This document shows, one piece after another, positions 40,143 to 53,270 of a stretch of 64,000 nucleotides of DNA (positions are counted from its first letter, which is position 1; each line of letters starts with the position of its first letter). The notes beneath the pieces were generated by a model, which was not told the origin of the DNA, did no database searches, and saw only the letters and a program-made list of their open reading frames with translations. Origin of the DNA: Pseudovirgaria hyperparasitica (lineage: Eukaryota); assembly GCA_010093815.1 (NCBI GenBank), contig ML996567.1; one strand, given 5' to 3'. The position numbers and the translations under genes are program-made.

Positions 40143-42195
40143 TTAGGGAAACATATTCAGACTCATTTCCCAAAATCCAATTTCCATCTGCAACTCCAAT
40201 GTAAGAATTGGTCACATATGGGTTAAGCAGACTAACCTTGATTGAGTGGATAAAAATCTTTACAAGTTCGTCCACTCTACTGACTGATTGCTTGACTGCA
40301 TGCTTCTCGATCATGGCTAAGAGAGGAACGAATCATCAGCTGAATTGTTAATTTGCTCCATCAATAACTTACCGCGTCCAGAATCTACTGCCGTATTGTA
40401 ATCATCGCCATTGTACATCTCAAACCATGGCCAATATCTGTTTCCTTCTCGCAATGTACTCGAATCGTTGTACCATCTCTTGGCAATAGCTGAGTAACCT
40501 AGCAAACACGGCAGCAATGCTACCTGGAGAGCGAACCAGTCTTCTGACTGACCGATGTCGAGCAGGTATCGTGTATATGCAGTGCACGCTAGATAACCGT
40601 CAATAGCGGGTTTGGTGAGAGACTGGTTTGGTCTCAGCTACCTATACTCTCTGTGTGCTTTTCTATCTCTTCCACAGAAATACCGAGCTCCTTGCAGTAC
40701 CTTAGATGTAGCTTTATTTCCTCTTGAAAATGGTTCACGATCGCCGCCGACTATTCTCACGCATGTCAGCACTATACACATGACGTTCTATGCCTACTAG
40801 GTCAAGATGTCTCACTCGGCTTATGTCTTCAAGCTTCTTCATCTTGTAGGCCGCCAGTGCATGTGCTCTGGAAAAGTGTAACTAATAGTGTCAGGCCGGT
40901 TCGAATCATAGATTACGGATGGTGTACAAGCCACTGACTAAGAAGAGATAGTCCTGTATCAGGTAGTGCCTAAAGCTGTCGATCGATAGAGTACCCCTTG
41001 CCAGTCTCTTCACGAATTCATGCTCGGTATGTGCGGTCCAGTTCCTCTTGACATCCTTGTGTGTTACGACATAGTCAACGAAGCGTCCCCTAGATGAGAT
41101 TAGGTCAGGCCATGGAGAGTTGGAGCGTGACCAACGGTGAGAATGGGAGGAAGTAAGTCGAATGAAAGTGATTGATCGGGCCACTTCCTCTTCCCCTATC
41201 TACACTCGTCTTTATGCCTGCTTCCACGAACAGGTTCGCGGCCTTTACAGATTCGACCATGGTCATACCAATTGCCAAGTTTGATGCGATCGCAGCTACG
41301 CACTTCAGCGAAATTCGATGACTGTATCTGTGCCGAACCCACATGCTAACGAACATCCTGTTCCATGTGTGTTGTTTGACTCTAAGTGCTCGGATTCGAG
41401 CAGCACAAGCTCATCGCCGCTACACAATACGTTGAGAATCACGTGTCTTTCGGCAGGAACATTTGATACGATACCGTCTCGAGAGAGTGGAAGGTGTCCT
41501 CCCTTTAAAAGAACGTATTGCGGGCCAAGTTTTTGCAGCCTTCTTGCCAGCTCTATGATGTCGTCCACTTTCTCTGGATCGGAGATAATCTCTCCGGCAT
41601 CCTGTAAGATCAGCTTTGCCTCAGGCATATTTGGGGTCAATATTGTTGCCATTGGCAGGAGTTGCTCTCTGAGAGCCTGTATAGCGTCATCAGGTAATAA
41701 TTTGCAACCTGTCGTCGAGACCATGACCTAAACAGTAAGTCAGGGAGCACGGAAGAAGGTCAGCATCTGACTCACGGGATCGACTACTAAACATGGTACT
41801 TTATGTGAACGCAATGCGTCTACAACTATTTCCACAGTCTCCAATGAAGCAAGCATGCCTACTTTAGTCAGACCGTCCCTTCGGATCTATATGAAACGTG
41901 TATACCAGTTTTGACAACGTCGACACCTATATCATCGATGCAAGCATCAATTTGCTTTCTTACAAATTCTGAAGGAGTCACATGAACATCGAAGACTTTA
42001 ATAGTATTCTGTGCTGTCAGTGCCGTGGTAGCTGTCATGGCATAGCACCCATGAGCAGCGATGACTTTTTGGTCGGCTTCAAGGCCACTATTTCATATCA
42101 ATTAGCGGTCCGTTCTAGCAAGTCAGTTGACTTCCTTACGCCCCTCCAGAGCTATCGCTGCCTGCTATCACTAGGATTCTTCTATCGTTTGCCAT
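40143..42195 (-). CDS. THI20: Hydroxymethylpyrimidine/phosphomethylpyrimidine kinase fused to a TenA (thiaminase II) domain, Thi20/21/22 family
   Basis: MANDRRILVIAGSDSSGGA, ILTPNMPEA, VLLKGGH, NTHGTGCSLA, GPINHFH; TenA part HYLIQDYLFL, CTAYTRYLLDIG, LPCLLGY, EIGFWEM. Many short introns. Confidence 0.93.
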
Positions 42196-42496
42196 ATTGA
42201 ACATTGCATTTGAGTATTTACACTCGTTCTTCGAGCATTGCACGTCGCCAAAGAAATGTCTGAAAGGACCCACACCACTAGCGGAGCTAGATCACGTCAT
42301 ACATCAATTACCACCAAATGTATTAATATCCTAGCAATATTGCGTGAATATTGCTATGCTCCCATTGCCGACGTAATTGGGTTATTTTTGTACCACGTCA
42401 CTATTATTGTAAAGACGTATATCCAACTCGGTAGGTATGAACCTTTCTTGTGCATGTTACGAAATTCTACTTCGAGACGCTGAAAGTCACCGTACC

Positions 42497-44503
42497 TTAG
42501 TCCGAATCCCCTTCGAACTCAGAAACATCGGGATCTGAATGACAAGTCAGGATTCGCAGCTGTGTGAAAGTGTGAGCGTAAACGTACCACGGAGTAAGGT
42601 GTACTCGAATCTACCGTCGACCTTTTCCGCAATAGCTTGCCTTATGACTCGCTGCTCGTCTTCTGAGAGGCGGGTGTCTGGATTCGCCACATCGCAGGAA
42701 AAGGTCAGACCTTGATTACCTGGTCCCAGATTGGACACATATTCAAGCAAACATTCCATGCTGAACTCAGTGACCACCAAAAGGGTCACACTCTTCAACT
42801 TACTGAGAATACTCAGTGCTGGGAGTATCGCATCGGTCATACAGCCGCTTATCAGGAGATCCTCCAAGTCAGGCATTTGAGCAATGAATTGGCTCACATG
42901 ATGATCCCTGAGAGGATCTCCAACTCCGCGTAACTCAAGTTCTTGCAGTCCATTGAGTTGGGAAAGAGCCGTGACCATCGCCTCCACGTCATCATATACC
43001 ATCTCCGTGTCATCGCCCTCAAGATTCAGGGACTTGAGAGAGCCCCTCTGATTCGAGAGAGCCTGGTGAAACAACCGTTGCTCTGTGCCTATGTAGTTGT
43101 CCACGTCTAGCTTTTCCAATTTGATGCTGTCCTCCAGAAGAACAGGAGTTGCAAGTGCTGCACCGGAAGGGAAGCCACTGAATTCCAGCTCTCGCAGCCG
43201 TTCACAAGAGCGTAACCATGCCACGGTCTCGAGGAATATGTCGTTGTGCGTTGCTTGAAGATCAGTTCGCCCATCACCGTCAAGCTTTAGTTGTTCCAGT
43301 GCGGTGCATCCTTTTAGGAGACCTAGGTGAGGCAGTGCGTCGGTACCTACGCTCAGGATTAGTGATCTTATAGACTCACCGTGACTGTTTAGGCTAAGGA
43401 ACGTCTCTACTCCTAGTCCGCAATCGTGCATAACTTGCAATGAACGCAACGTCTGTGGAGCCATGCCGGAAAAGAAAGTAGCTAGCTTGTGATCTCGGTC
43501 GTCGCCGATCCTATCATTAAGTGGTGTGAGATTCCATTCATTTCAGAACATGGGACACGTAATTACCATTGGAACATAGACAACGCCTCAAAATGTGGAC
43601 AATTTGCATGAAGCGCTGCTTGCGCAAGCTCATCTGCAAGTGTATCGCCATCATAGAGCTCCAGCGTTCTCAACCGTGGTAGCCTAAGATTCATTAGATA
43701 GTGTTAGAAGGTGCGTCGCTACTAGGTTTTACCTTGGAGCCCATCGTAGGAGAGCAAGAGGGAGTACTGAATTGTCAGCTAGGGCTCGTCTGTATGATCT
43801 ATATAGATTTTATCTTTACCTTTGCCACTGATCAAATCAACCATGGGCGTATGTTCGGTCAGGACTATGGACAAGTGAGTCGAAAACTGTGCCAAGCGGC
43901 GAGCCTTCATATGCAAAACATACCTTCGCCGATACCATCGAGAATCGCCGTAGTGTTCAACCTAGCATACTTCCGCCCACTTCTCTTGTTTACAGGAGTA
44001 TCCATGGCTATGTTGAAACGAGACATAGAGCCAGCAAAGAATGACCTATATGTAATGAGCCTGTGTCAACGCCTGGAGAGATGACTATACTTAGATACGT
44101 TGCCCCTGAACTTGTCGTCTTCTAGCAAAGAGCTGAGGTCACGCAGATCTAGCTCTCGTATATAGCGACAGTACGGATACAATGTGTCATTGAGACTGGA
44201 GGCTACGATCGAGCGCCACAGTATAGACCATCTTTGCACCATCAATTGTTGTTGTGCCAATGGCGCAGCTTCGCTTCCACCACCTTTGCATGGCGCATGG
44301 TGGTGCTCTCTAAGAAGCATCAGTATCATGAAGGGCAAGAGATATCAACCTTCAAACCGGTAGAGGTTTGTCAACGCTGGGACAGCCAAGCGTCTGCCCG
44401 ATACGGCGACATTGAAGAGCGAATCGAAATCGTATGCACGTGCTAGCTGTTCAGTAATGAGAAAGAAAACATCGTCTGGAAGAAGAGCTTGAAGGTCCCC
44501 CAT
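42497..44503 (-). CDS. F-box-like / leucine-rich-repeat (RNI-like) protein
   Basis: N-terminal LLPDDVFFLITEQL...LFNVAVSGRRLAVPALTNLYR; WRSIVASSL..TLYPYCRYIRELDL; LxxLxL repeats; ends DPDVSEFEGDSD*. Confidence 0.82.
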
Positions 44504-44854
44504 CAGAACGACAGCTCAGTGAATATACGGAATAGTGCTCTTTGTCAGGATGGCGATGATTCCCACGAGAATTTATGATGATAATGGCAGCATTCAGGAA
44601 AGTGATGCATACAGGTCGGGTTATCCTATCGTAGCTACCGTAGGGTTGTTTTCGTTATGTCGTCTACCTACAGCAGACGCGCTTAGTCTTAGCGCTGTTT
44701 TGTCGCGTACACCAGGCAGTTCTTGAACATTCTTCCATCCATTAATTACTTGTCAACACTAACGTACTTGTTCGGATCTTTTCGAGAACGTTGGATTCCG
44801 GAGGTGTCTTTGACACTGAGTAGCATTTTACGTACCTGCAGTTATGTGATCAAA

Positions 44855-46471
44855 ATGGTGGCACTCAAATTTACTCTAGCTCCAGACGCAGCAGCAAGGG
44901 TGCACGATATCTTGACCTGCCTTGCACGGTTCAGTGAGACTGTTTCAATCGAAGCACGGCCAGATGGAGTATGAGAATTGGGATATCGATCTTTGAGTCC
45001 AAAGTACACAACTGACTGAAATACAGCTCTCTTTCACCACGCTAAACTCATCAAAAACGACTTATGCTTCATTTACACTCGATGCAAGTCAGTTTTTCTC
45101 GCGGTACAAGTGTGCCGTAGCCGGCGGCGACTCGCAGGTCCGATTCACCTGCCGTATTTTGAGCAAAGTTAGTCGGCCTGCTGAGCTCACAATTGTGGCT
45201 AAGAAGAATGTATAGGCCCTCTTAGCTGTTTTCAAAGGCAGGATCTTAGATCCTCGAGGGAGAGACTCTGCCATTGAATCCTGTGAAGTGAGCGTCAATG
45301 ATACAGCCGACGAGAGGGAGTGTAGATTTATTATCAAGATGTTCTGCAACCAAGGTGCGTATCGTACCATTCGAAACGATATAATTAACGTTCAGGCAGG
45401 TGTTGTGAAGACCTATCGTTTGACATACGAATCTGCAGATGTGATGCATGCCCTATTTGACAGGAACTCTGCACACAACAAGTGGACGATCCAGTCACAG
45501 ATGCTTAAAGAATATATCGACTACTTCGGTGCACGTACAGAGCAATTGGATATTTACGCCGAGGATGATCGCGTGATCTTCACGAGCTTCACTGAGAAAA
45601 TCACTAATGGCAAAGGTCAATAGCGTTGCTGAGCTTTTGAATATGATACTGATTGATTTTTAGAGGTCCTGAAACAACCTTTACGGACCGCAGTTTCTGC
45701 ACACAAAGCCGATTTCGAGAATTTTGATGCCCAGGACAAGATCCATACAATCATAAGTGTTCGCGATTTCAAGTCTGTCGTCAGCCATGCTGAAACGCTC
45801 AAAGCCGCTGTATCTGCAGACTATTCGCAACCCAACCGACCTCTACAATTCAGCTATGGAGCGGAGGGGATCTACTGCGAGTATACACTGATGACATCTG
45901 GGGATCGTTCCGCCCCACCGCCAATCACGCATGCTGGCCCTTCTGTAGATCGACCAAGCTCAAGGACGCGATCGACTACTACTACAGATCAGCAAAACAA
46001 GTCGAGATCAGAAAGAAGTGCTATGCCTCCCCCACCCGTCGCTGACTCTCGCAGTGCGGCACGCAGAACCAGACCGCCTGGTTCCGCAAAACCCACTCCA
46101 AGCGTCCTGCCTACAGAGATGACTAATGCGAACATTCCTGAAGATCCAGATCCTGAAAGTCTCTTCATTCCTGAGCAGGACGATGCAAGGTGGGACCCTG
46201 CGGAAGATGAAGATGATGGGGAGACTCTTGGATGGGATGCAAGTGCCAATTATGTGGGTATCGAGCCCAGAGCCCTTTTGACTGGTACTAAAGAATCATT
46301 AGGAACCTGGATTTCAGGCTACCTTCAAAGACAGCGGGTCTCATCCAACTTCAGAAGAACAGCACAGTGCCACTGAAGGTCTAGCGCCCACCCAGAGACT
46401 ATCTCAGGTATGTCCCGTTGTTCGGTCGTGATTTTAGGTAATAACATTTGTAGGTGAGAGGACTCTGGTAG
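44855..46471 (+). CDS. rad9: 9-1-1 checkpoint clamp subunit Rad9/Ddc1
   Basis: Spliced ILTCLARFSETVSIEA/LSFTTLNSSKTTYASFTL, GVVKTYRLTYE, FTSFTEKI, VLKQPLRT, RDFKSV, acidic tail ending GLAPTQRLSQ/VRGLW*. Confidence 0.9.
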
Positions 46472-46609
46472 GCTCTGCGTTGACCTTGCTGCTCCCTGTC
46501 GCATACCGAACACGCATCTACATGACGCTTGAGGGTTACCTCCAGCGCCAGTAAAATGTGATCCAATAGATGAATCGATTGTCATCATATCCAACAGCTG
46601 AATCGAGTG

Positions 46610-47716
46610 TCACCATATCCAACTGGTGGCGCATCCAGCCCCAACAGAGTGAACACGGCCTGGCACTGGCAGTGTATTGCATCTTCCGGTAACATCACCA
46701 GTCGTTGTTGTAGGTATCCCACAGTTCCCATGCTCTCCCCAGCCCCATGCAAGAACATCGCCAGCACGAGAGACTGCAATGACATGCTCGCTCCCTGCAG
46801 CAAATTTCTCGATTGCAGGGAGACCAGGCGGTGGCAACTGTCCATGGTCATCCCGGCCCCAGCCATGCAGTACACCAGACGTGCTCAGTACAAAGATATT
46901 TCCCCAACTGGCACCTATGTCCTTCCAATTTCTTGCTGAGTCGGGCGCGTTGCTTCGTATATTCCACTTGTCGGTTCCGAGAACCACATGCTGACCTTGC
47001 TTGTCATCTGAAACGATGTATGTGAATTCTCTACCACAAGCAGCACGAACGGCTTTGAATGGGATGCCATTAATTATACGTGGGGCCCAACTGTCTTCTT
47101 TCAAGTCGCCGAGCTGTCCTTTACGTCCAACACCCCAGCCGTAGACACTGCCGTCTGAAAGAACGGCAACCGCGTGACTCATACCGGCAGACACGTCAAC
47201 AACAATTGTATCCTTGTCTGCAAGGTCCAGAATGCAACGAGCTTGAGGGGAAGTGACAGTGCCGGGACCTTGGCCCAATTCCCCTTTGTTTCCGGAACCA
47301 CAAGTGAAGATCCTTTTCCCATCTGTAGTGACAAGAATAGATGCCTCCCAAGTAGCGGCACAATGCTTATATGTACTGATCTCGTCTGTATTGGACTCAC
47401 TTGATACGAAAATTGAGAATGATGTGGAGTTCCCGATTGAAGAAGGTTGACTTGCCCCTATCACGCTACCACATCGTCCATCAGAGGCATGTCCCGAGCT
47501 CAAAGGTACACCCGATGTTGTAAGGACGATAGTATGATTTCCTCCAGTGGCGATGCTTGCCGGTGTCGCGTCGCCGGGTAGGATACATTCCGTTGGTACT
47601 GAAACGTCTTGCTCGTGGCCTATTCCAAGTTGTCCAGACCCGTTGGAACCTAGAGAATGAAGCATACTGGGTATGTGATACAGATGTGCGCCCGGCGGAG
47701 TGAAATTTCGCTCCAT
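46610..47716 (-). CDS. RCC1-repeat protein (Ats1/Kti13-like)
   Basis: GSNGSGQLGIG, GSGNKGELGQG, GWGVGRKGQLG, GWGRDDHGQL, AWGWGEHGNCG. Start is 47716 or 47665. Confidence 0.9.
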   Translation of the reverse strand: MERNFTPPGAHLYHIPSMLHSLGSNGSGQLGIGHEQDVSVPTECILPGDATPASIATGGNHTIVLTTSGVPLSSGHASDGRCGSVIGASQPSSIGNSTSFSIFVSSESNTDEISTYKHCAATWEASILVTTDGKRIFTCGSGNKGELGQGPGTVTSPQARCILDLADKDTIVVDVSAGMSHAVAVLSDGSVYGWGVGRKGQLGDLKEDSWAPRIINGIPFKAVRAACGREFTYIVSDDKQGQHVVLGTDKWNIRSNAPDSARNWKDIGASWGNIFVLSTSGVLHGWGRDDHGQLPPPGLPAIEKFAAGSEHVIAVSRAGDVLAWGWGEHGNCGIPTTTTGDVTGRCNTLPVPGRVHSVGAGCATSWIW

Positions 47717-47958
47717 TTACCTCGAATTTATTGCCAGAAAGACATCAGATACGGAGCCTCTGAGCACACGCACAGAATCACAAGAACTGGCGCCTGCTCC
47801 GAAGCGATATTCCAGAACAAGGGAACGCTGCAACAACTATTACTTTGTATATCACCTAACATCAGACACTCTACTTTCGGTTCAAACAACAGGGTATACG
47901 CTTCTTAAACGAACTCCCTAGTCCTACAAAGACCCATCGCGCAATTCACCAATTCACC

Positions 47959-48339
47959 ATGACGCGCGCTCAGCAGACCATTTCGATTGGCCTCCTTCTA
48001 TCATCTGTACACTTTTGACCTTGTCGCGAGATCACAAACACCTGCTAATACGTCTCAGCTGTACCTCGCATGTTTTTTCGGCCTCGTACCTTTCCCACAG
48101 CAGATTCAGGATGATGTCATACCATACGTATGCCACTCTTGTGATGCGACACAATTACCAAGTTGACACTTCTGCAGGTTCCCTTCTGGGCCCTAGTTTC
48201 GTTTGGCGCATACCTCTTGGGAAAGCTCGGTTGGGGAGTTCTCACTTTTAACGATGTTCCAGAGGCGCATAAGGAGTTGATGGCACAAATCCAAGAGGCG
48301 AGAGCCGATCTACGGACGATGGGAGTGGACGTAGATTGA
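47959..48339 (+). CDS. DPM3: Dolichol-phosphate mannosyltransferase subunit 3 (exons 47959-48006, 48059-48127, 48178-48339)
   Basis: Missed by the ORF track. Spliced product: MTRAQQTISIGLLLSSLYLACFFGLVPFPQQIQDDVIPYVPFWALVSFGAYLLGKLGWGVLTFNDVPEAHKELMAQIQEARADLRTMGVDVD*. Confidence 0.93.
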
Positions 48340-48499
48340 GAATATACGGGATCACAGTTTCGCCATGTAGGCTGAGAAAGACACGTGTATTGCGTCCGGT
48401 GCGGAATTCGAATCCGCGTAAGATCTGGGCATTCGAACGATACGGCTGCACACTATAGAACGCACGCATCACAGAGTTAATGCTACATATCTACTGCAT

Positions 48500-49300
48500 T
48501 CAACCTTCAAGAACTCGTTCCTGCTGATGCCTCTGCTTAAGCTTCTTTTCCATCCTCATGAACTCTCGAATTCCCACGGGTATATCGCTAAACAAGTCCG
48601 CCGACGAATCTTCAGAAGCTGTCCAATTCGTGTCTCTCCTCCCGCCGTCATCGTCCTTGTTTACAGCCGCGTGTAAAGGCGTAGCAGGGGCTGTGCCTAT
48701 TTCCTCCGTGACTTGCTCTCCACTCTGCGATTGCAACTTCACACGTGCCTCCGCGCTCGCAGCTGCCCAATCTTCCAACTCGTCTCTGTAGCGATCCCAT
48801 ACGCAGTTAACACAGCCACTCATACAACAGTTATCTGGCTCGCTAGGTCGAGGAGGGACTATGACACCAGCTATAGTGGTAGACTCGCGCCGAAGTTGGT
48901 CTTCGCGCTCTCGAGGGCCGGCAAGTCTTGAGCCAAAAACTACTCGTGCCCTCCGTAGTCTCTCGTCTTTCTCGTTCATAGATAAGTCGTCTGGGGGTAG
49001 TGGCGCAGGCTGTGATCTCGTTCTATTTTGTGCTGAATGTACCGGGTTCTCGAGGAGATCTGTCTAGTATTTGTAAAACGATCGATTGATCATGAGGAGT
49101 TGCTTGCCTGCATAGAACCCTTGCAGAGGTTGAGCCTGTTCTCCAGGAGCTGCGATGTTTCCTTTGAGGCGGCGTTGTGCCATGTCGCATCTAGCATTAA
49201 GTCTTACAAGTCTTGAAGATATGATACGGCTTCTGCAAGCGCTGCACAACCTGCAAGATGAGATCAAGGAGGCTCGTGTACGACCAATGAATGCTTCCAT
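48500..49300 (-). CDS. Oxidoreductase-like domain protein (OXLD1/UPF0651-like), probably mitochondrial
   Basis: VFGSRLAGP, PPRPSEPDNCCMSGCVNCVWD, IPVGIREFMRMEK. Exon 1 (presequence-like) joins via a GC-AG intron at 49060-49107. Confidence 0.88.
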
Positions 49301-49564
49301 AGTGAACGAAGTGATACAGACCAGCAACTGGGTTGATATGGAACGTCGTTGAAGAAGCGCCTGAGGACTGCTACCATTACAGTGCGGTATATTCGGAACG
49401 TTTCATTGCTGGTGATCACAACTGCAGGGGCGTTGACATACAGTGAACGGTGAGTGAGAAATCCTTTGAAACGTCATTGCGCTTGAGCCTTACCCCAGCA
49501 GCTAGCGTCATCTAGTGTGGACCCGGAGCCGTTGCGCTAGACTTGCATAGGAATAAACACGTTA

Positions 49565-49570
49565 ACGCGT
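49565..49570. promoter_or_regulatory. MCB-like element ACGCGT upstream of the 49651 gene
   Basis: Exact motif ~80 bp before ATG; another ACGCGT at 3371-3376. Function is inferred. Confidence 0.3.
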
Positions 49571-49650
49571 CCCCGGACGTGTTGGTCATCTATCGAACAA
49601 CAATTATACATCTTCTACAACTCTCTTTCTCCTCCGCAATAAAACTAGCC

Positions 49651-51533
49651 ATGGCGGAACCAGTCCTCAAGCGTAGGAGGCTGTCACCCACCTCAGTGGT
49701 TTCTGGAGAAGAAGAAACCTTGCGAAGATCGCCTACGCGTGCTTCGTTTCAATCTCCCACGAAAGCAAGCCTTGCACGATTCAACCCCTCGCTATTACCT
49801 CGCCCAAGGTCTGCGGGACGATTATCCTTACCGCAAAATCTTGACGATACTTTCAGGAATCCACCTGATGACAAGTCGGAAGACCCAGTCAAATCGCAAT
49901 CAGCAGTCGAGGGTGCTGCGGCGCATGATCGTCGCGCGACTGACGCAGCTGCTTATTTGCGGACCATTGCTGAAGAAACGATTCGGCTCAGGGGTGGTGC
50001 TACCTCGTCTCCTGATTCATCTGTCCCTAGCCCACAGGTATATGGACCTGCGGAGCATCAGCAGTCTGTGGACTCGGGCGAATATGCGCCTGCAACGCCC
50101 AGTGCGAATTTGAACAAATCTGGCAAAGGCAAGGAGCCCCTCCGAAACAAACCTCTGGGTATGAGACTCAGCAGATCTCCCAGGAGACAGCTGGCTCCTG
50201 TTTCAACGGAACCGCAGGTAATGAATCAGCTGCCTCAGAGACGGAGGTCCAGGACAGCGGAGCGTGCAGTAGAGGGTGAGGGATCTCCCACTCGGACGAA
50301 TATAGCAACAGATTCAAATCATTCCTCTGAATTAAGTGCTCTAGCGCAGGAGACCGAACGTCTCCAGCGGAAGATAAAACACCTACAAGACCAACTTCAA
50401 ACATATCGGCACCATGTTGTCGAATATAGCTCACTTGGCGATCATGATTTCATCGAAAATGGGGACCTGGAGAATCTAGCGTGAGCCAAAGCTAACCTAA
50501 TGGACCTTCTGCTGGCTAATTTACATAGTGAATTGATCAATGAGAACGCACCGCCAGATCCCGGCTATCAGGAGCATGGATTCGCAGGACCGCCTCTATC
50601 CCTCCTTCTAACGTCTTTCCTCCCATTGTCACATATCGCTGTTCAACAACAGACTCCGCCCCAAACGCCCAAAAAATTGAAGAATCACCTTCCTGTCGAG
50701 CCAGATGACCCTTTACTGTATTTGAGGCTATTTACATCCCTAACCCCTATCTCAACTCTAAGCATCTCATCCGCTGAGCGTACAGTCGTAGATGCTGATC
50801 AGTTCTACCCGAAACACGCAATAAAAATTACTGGCCCTCGTAACTACTTCACGGCTAACGTGGACTTGGTGCTAGACGCACCCCAGCGTCGTGTCGACAG
50901 CATTTCTGTCACACACATCTCCCCCTGGGCAGATATCGAGCTGGGCATGTACATCCGCCATAAAGCTCTGGATTGCGACGCAGGCACACTCTTCTGGGCG
51001 ATGAATTCCTACTGGGAATTGGCATTGAAGCGCGCAAAGGTCTGGGCTCAATGCCAGACCGCTCACCCAGACCTTATACCCGAGAACAGACACAGGTTCT
51101 CCAAAGCGGACCGGCCGGAGAAGAGGAAACGAGCCATAAAGACAGGATCTCCGGATGATGACGAGGATATCGAGGGGTACTCTAGTGAGCGGAGCATATC
51201 GGAGGGCAAGTTTGACTTTGAGGACTTGCAGCGCAATCTTGGGGAAACTGAAATGGTATTCCAGAGTGAGGAGGTCCGTATGTGCATTACCTGGGTCATC
51301 AATTTTGACTGGACCGGGGAGGCACAGTCGGATGTCCAGCTGCAGACTGCAGTTCCGGATTCGTGTAAGTGTGTCCCATTCAAACGTATCTTTGTAGTAC
51401 TAATCATCGTCCAGGGGCCGAGCAAGATGAGAGGAAAGGGCTCAGTCTGGTTGACGAAATATTCGATAGACTTGTACAGGAGAAGGGTGTGATAAAGGCA
51501 GTAGACATTGTGGTACAATTGTTGTTTGATTAG
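49651..51533 (+). CDS. Fungal hypothetical nuclear protein (SPTKASLAR motif, coiled coil, folded C-terminal domain), 3 exons
   Basis: MAEPVLKRRRLSP NLS-like start; RASFQSPTKASLARFNP; coiled coil; PWADIELG..WAMNSYW..RAKVWAQC; WVINFDWTGEAQS; ends IVVQLLFD* (TAG 51531-51533). Confidence 0.8.
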
Positions 51534-53270
51534 ATCATTTCTACATACTATGAAATGAGGATATCAGCAATCTACTAAGAAGCCAGCATGTTTTCGTGAT
51601 ATTGGTGCAGTACTAATGTTGATGGGCGTAGCAGGGCCAGACCCGTGGGAGTTTGAAACTGCACATGAGAAACCCTGGCGCAAATAACGTCAGAACCTGC
51701 GTTTGATGATCTGACGCGCCATTGCGGCCAGGCGAGGATAACGTATGTAACGTGTGACTGGGTATGTACGTACCTAGCAGAGCACCTGCTCGTGGCTGTA
51801 AGACAATGTACAACAAGGTAGTGCTGCAAAGCAATGCCTTTGCCTTATCCACTTTTCAGCTACGATTTCTTTTACCCAAGTTACGTCGCTTGGTAAATGA
51901 TGCATGCATAATGAGTGTTTCCCTGGAACTGGATGGCAGATCTTCGTGCACTTCGATGGGATGCCAAAGCGAGACGTTTCACTGCTGACTTCGTCGGATA
52001 TCCAAGTTCGATGACTTGACCGTCAATAATCATAACTCTATGTATAGGCTATTTGATATATTCTGTAGAGCTCCCCCATCGATATCACGAGATCTAATGT
52101 AAGCGGATCGCAAATTTGTCCGATGCTTCTAATTCCATTATACTGGTTGCAACAATCGAGTTGTAGCTCTTACGGTCTTGTGCATTGTACGACCATGCCG
52201 ACAAGCGACAAACATCGTGGGAACTGAAAATGCCGCTTGCCGTCAAACATTCGCGAAGCCTGCCACCAGGTTGCAGTCGTACGTCATGTTGGTCTGCTTT
52301 CCAATTCAAGTCTCCAGAGCCTGCTTTTGATATTCTGCTATGCTCAAAAGTGGGTTGTTCGTCCACGCCATCAGACCATCTGCTGAGGTGACGCTTCCGT
52401 TTGGAGATATCATACACTTATTACCTACACTGAGCGATAACCGAACCCCAACCCCAACCAAAGTAACAAGGAGCGCACCATCTTGAAATCTTTACAGTCA
52501 ACCACTCTCACTACACGAGCTGTTAGTAGAATCATAGCCCTAAAGAAGTCCCTAAAAGCATACTTTCAACAGCCAAGTTACATGCGCTTCCGCGACATCG
52601 GCTATCACATCCTTCCATCCATCCTTCCATCCATCCTTCCATCCATCCATCCACCCAACACCAATGAGCGTTTCAACCAGGCAGTACAAGCGACTGGGCT
52701 CTATAATCGACAGATCGTTACAGTTGAATTACGAAGGCTTAGAGGAGATGATGGATCTGGACGATGCGCCGACGCAGCCCAAGATGGTCAATTTGGATAA
52801 AATGCTTGACAGATTTATCACGAAGACAGGGTGGGAGGTTGCAGTGTATGCGCGGATGTTCGCAATGTCTTGGTAGGAAAGCGGATGGGACGAAAGGGTG
52901 GCATGAGATTTAATCCAGAGGAATTTAGCTGCTGGTCTAGTTTAAAGGGATATTCAATCACGAACGATGTACTTGACGCAGATCGCTGACGAAAGCTGTG
53001 GTAGCAATTTATGTTATCATTATGAGAAGTCGAATGGTAATGTGGTATCTGTAACATCATCGCGGAGTATTCCAACTTGGGCTTACATGGTCCGTCTCGG
53101 AGAATTGTCTACACCAAAGAGCGGAAACTATGTTGTCCTGGGCTCTGCTTGTTGAATAACGCCAGGATATGCAGCAAAGACAACACCATATCTTCCTCGG
53201 AGTCCCATCGAAATTTCAGTCACGTCAAACTTCCTCAAACGCCTTGCAATGTGATGTCGACGTTCAGTTC

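Noticed and set aside
40143..42480. Possible TPP riboswitch at the thiamine-salvage gene
   Set aside because: No TPP aptamer core (CTGAGA...ATACC...GATAA/GCG) found by eye in the leader or introns, and the introns are short.
48391..48463. 73-nt tRNA-like stretch on the minus strand with a GCGGA-TTCGAAT-TCCGC hairpin and GCGTTC/GGACGC end pairing
   Set aside because: No D-loop GG, no anticodon stem, wrong T-arm to acceptor spacing and A instead of G53. It lies in the DPM3/OXLD1 3' UTR gap and is probably chance; tRNAscan-SE would settle it.
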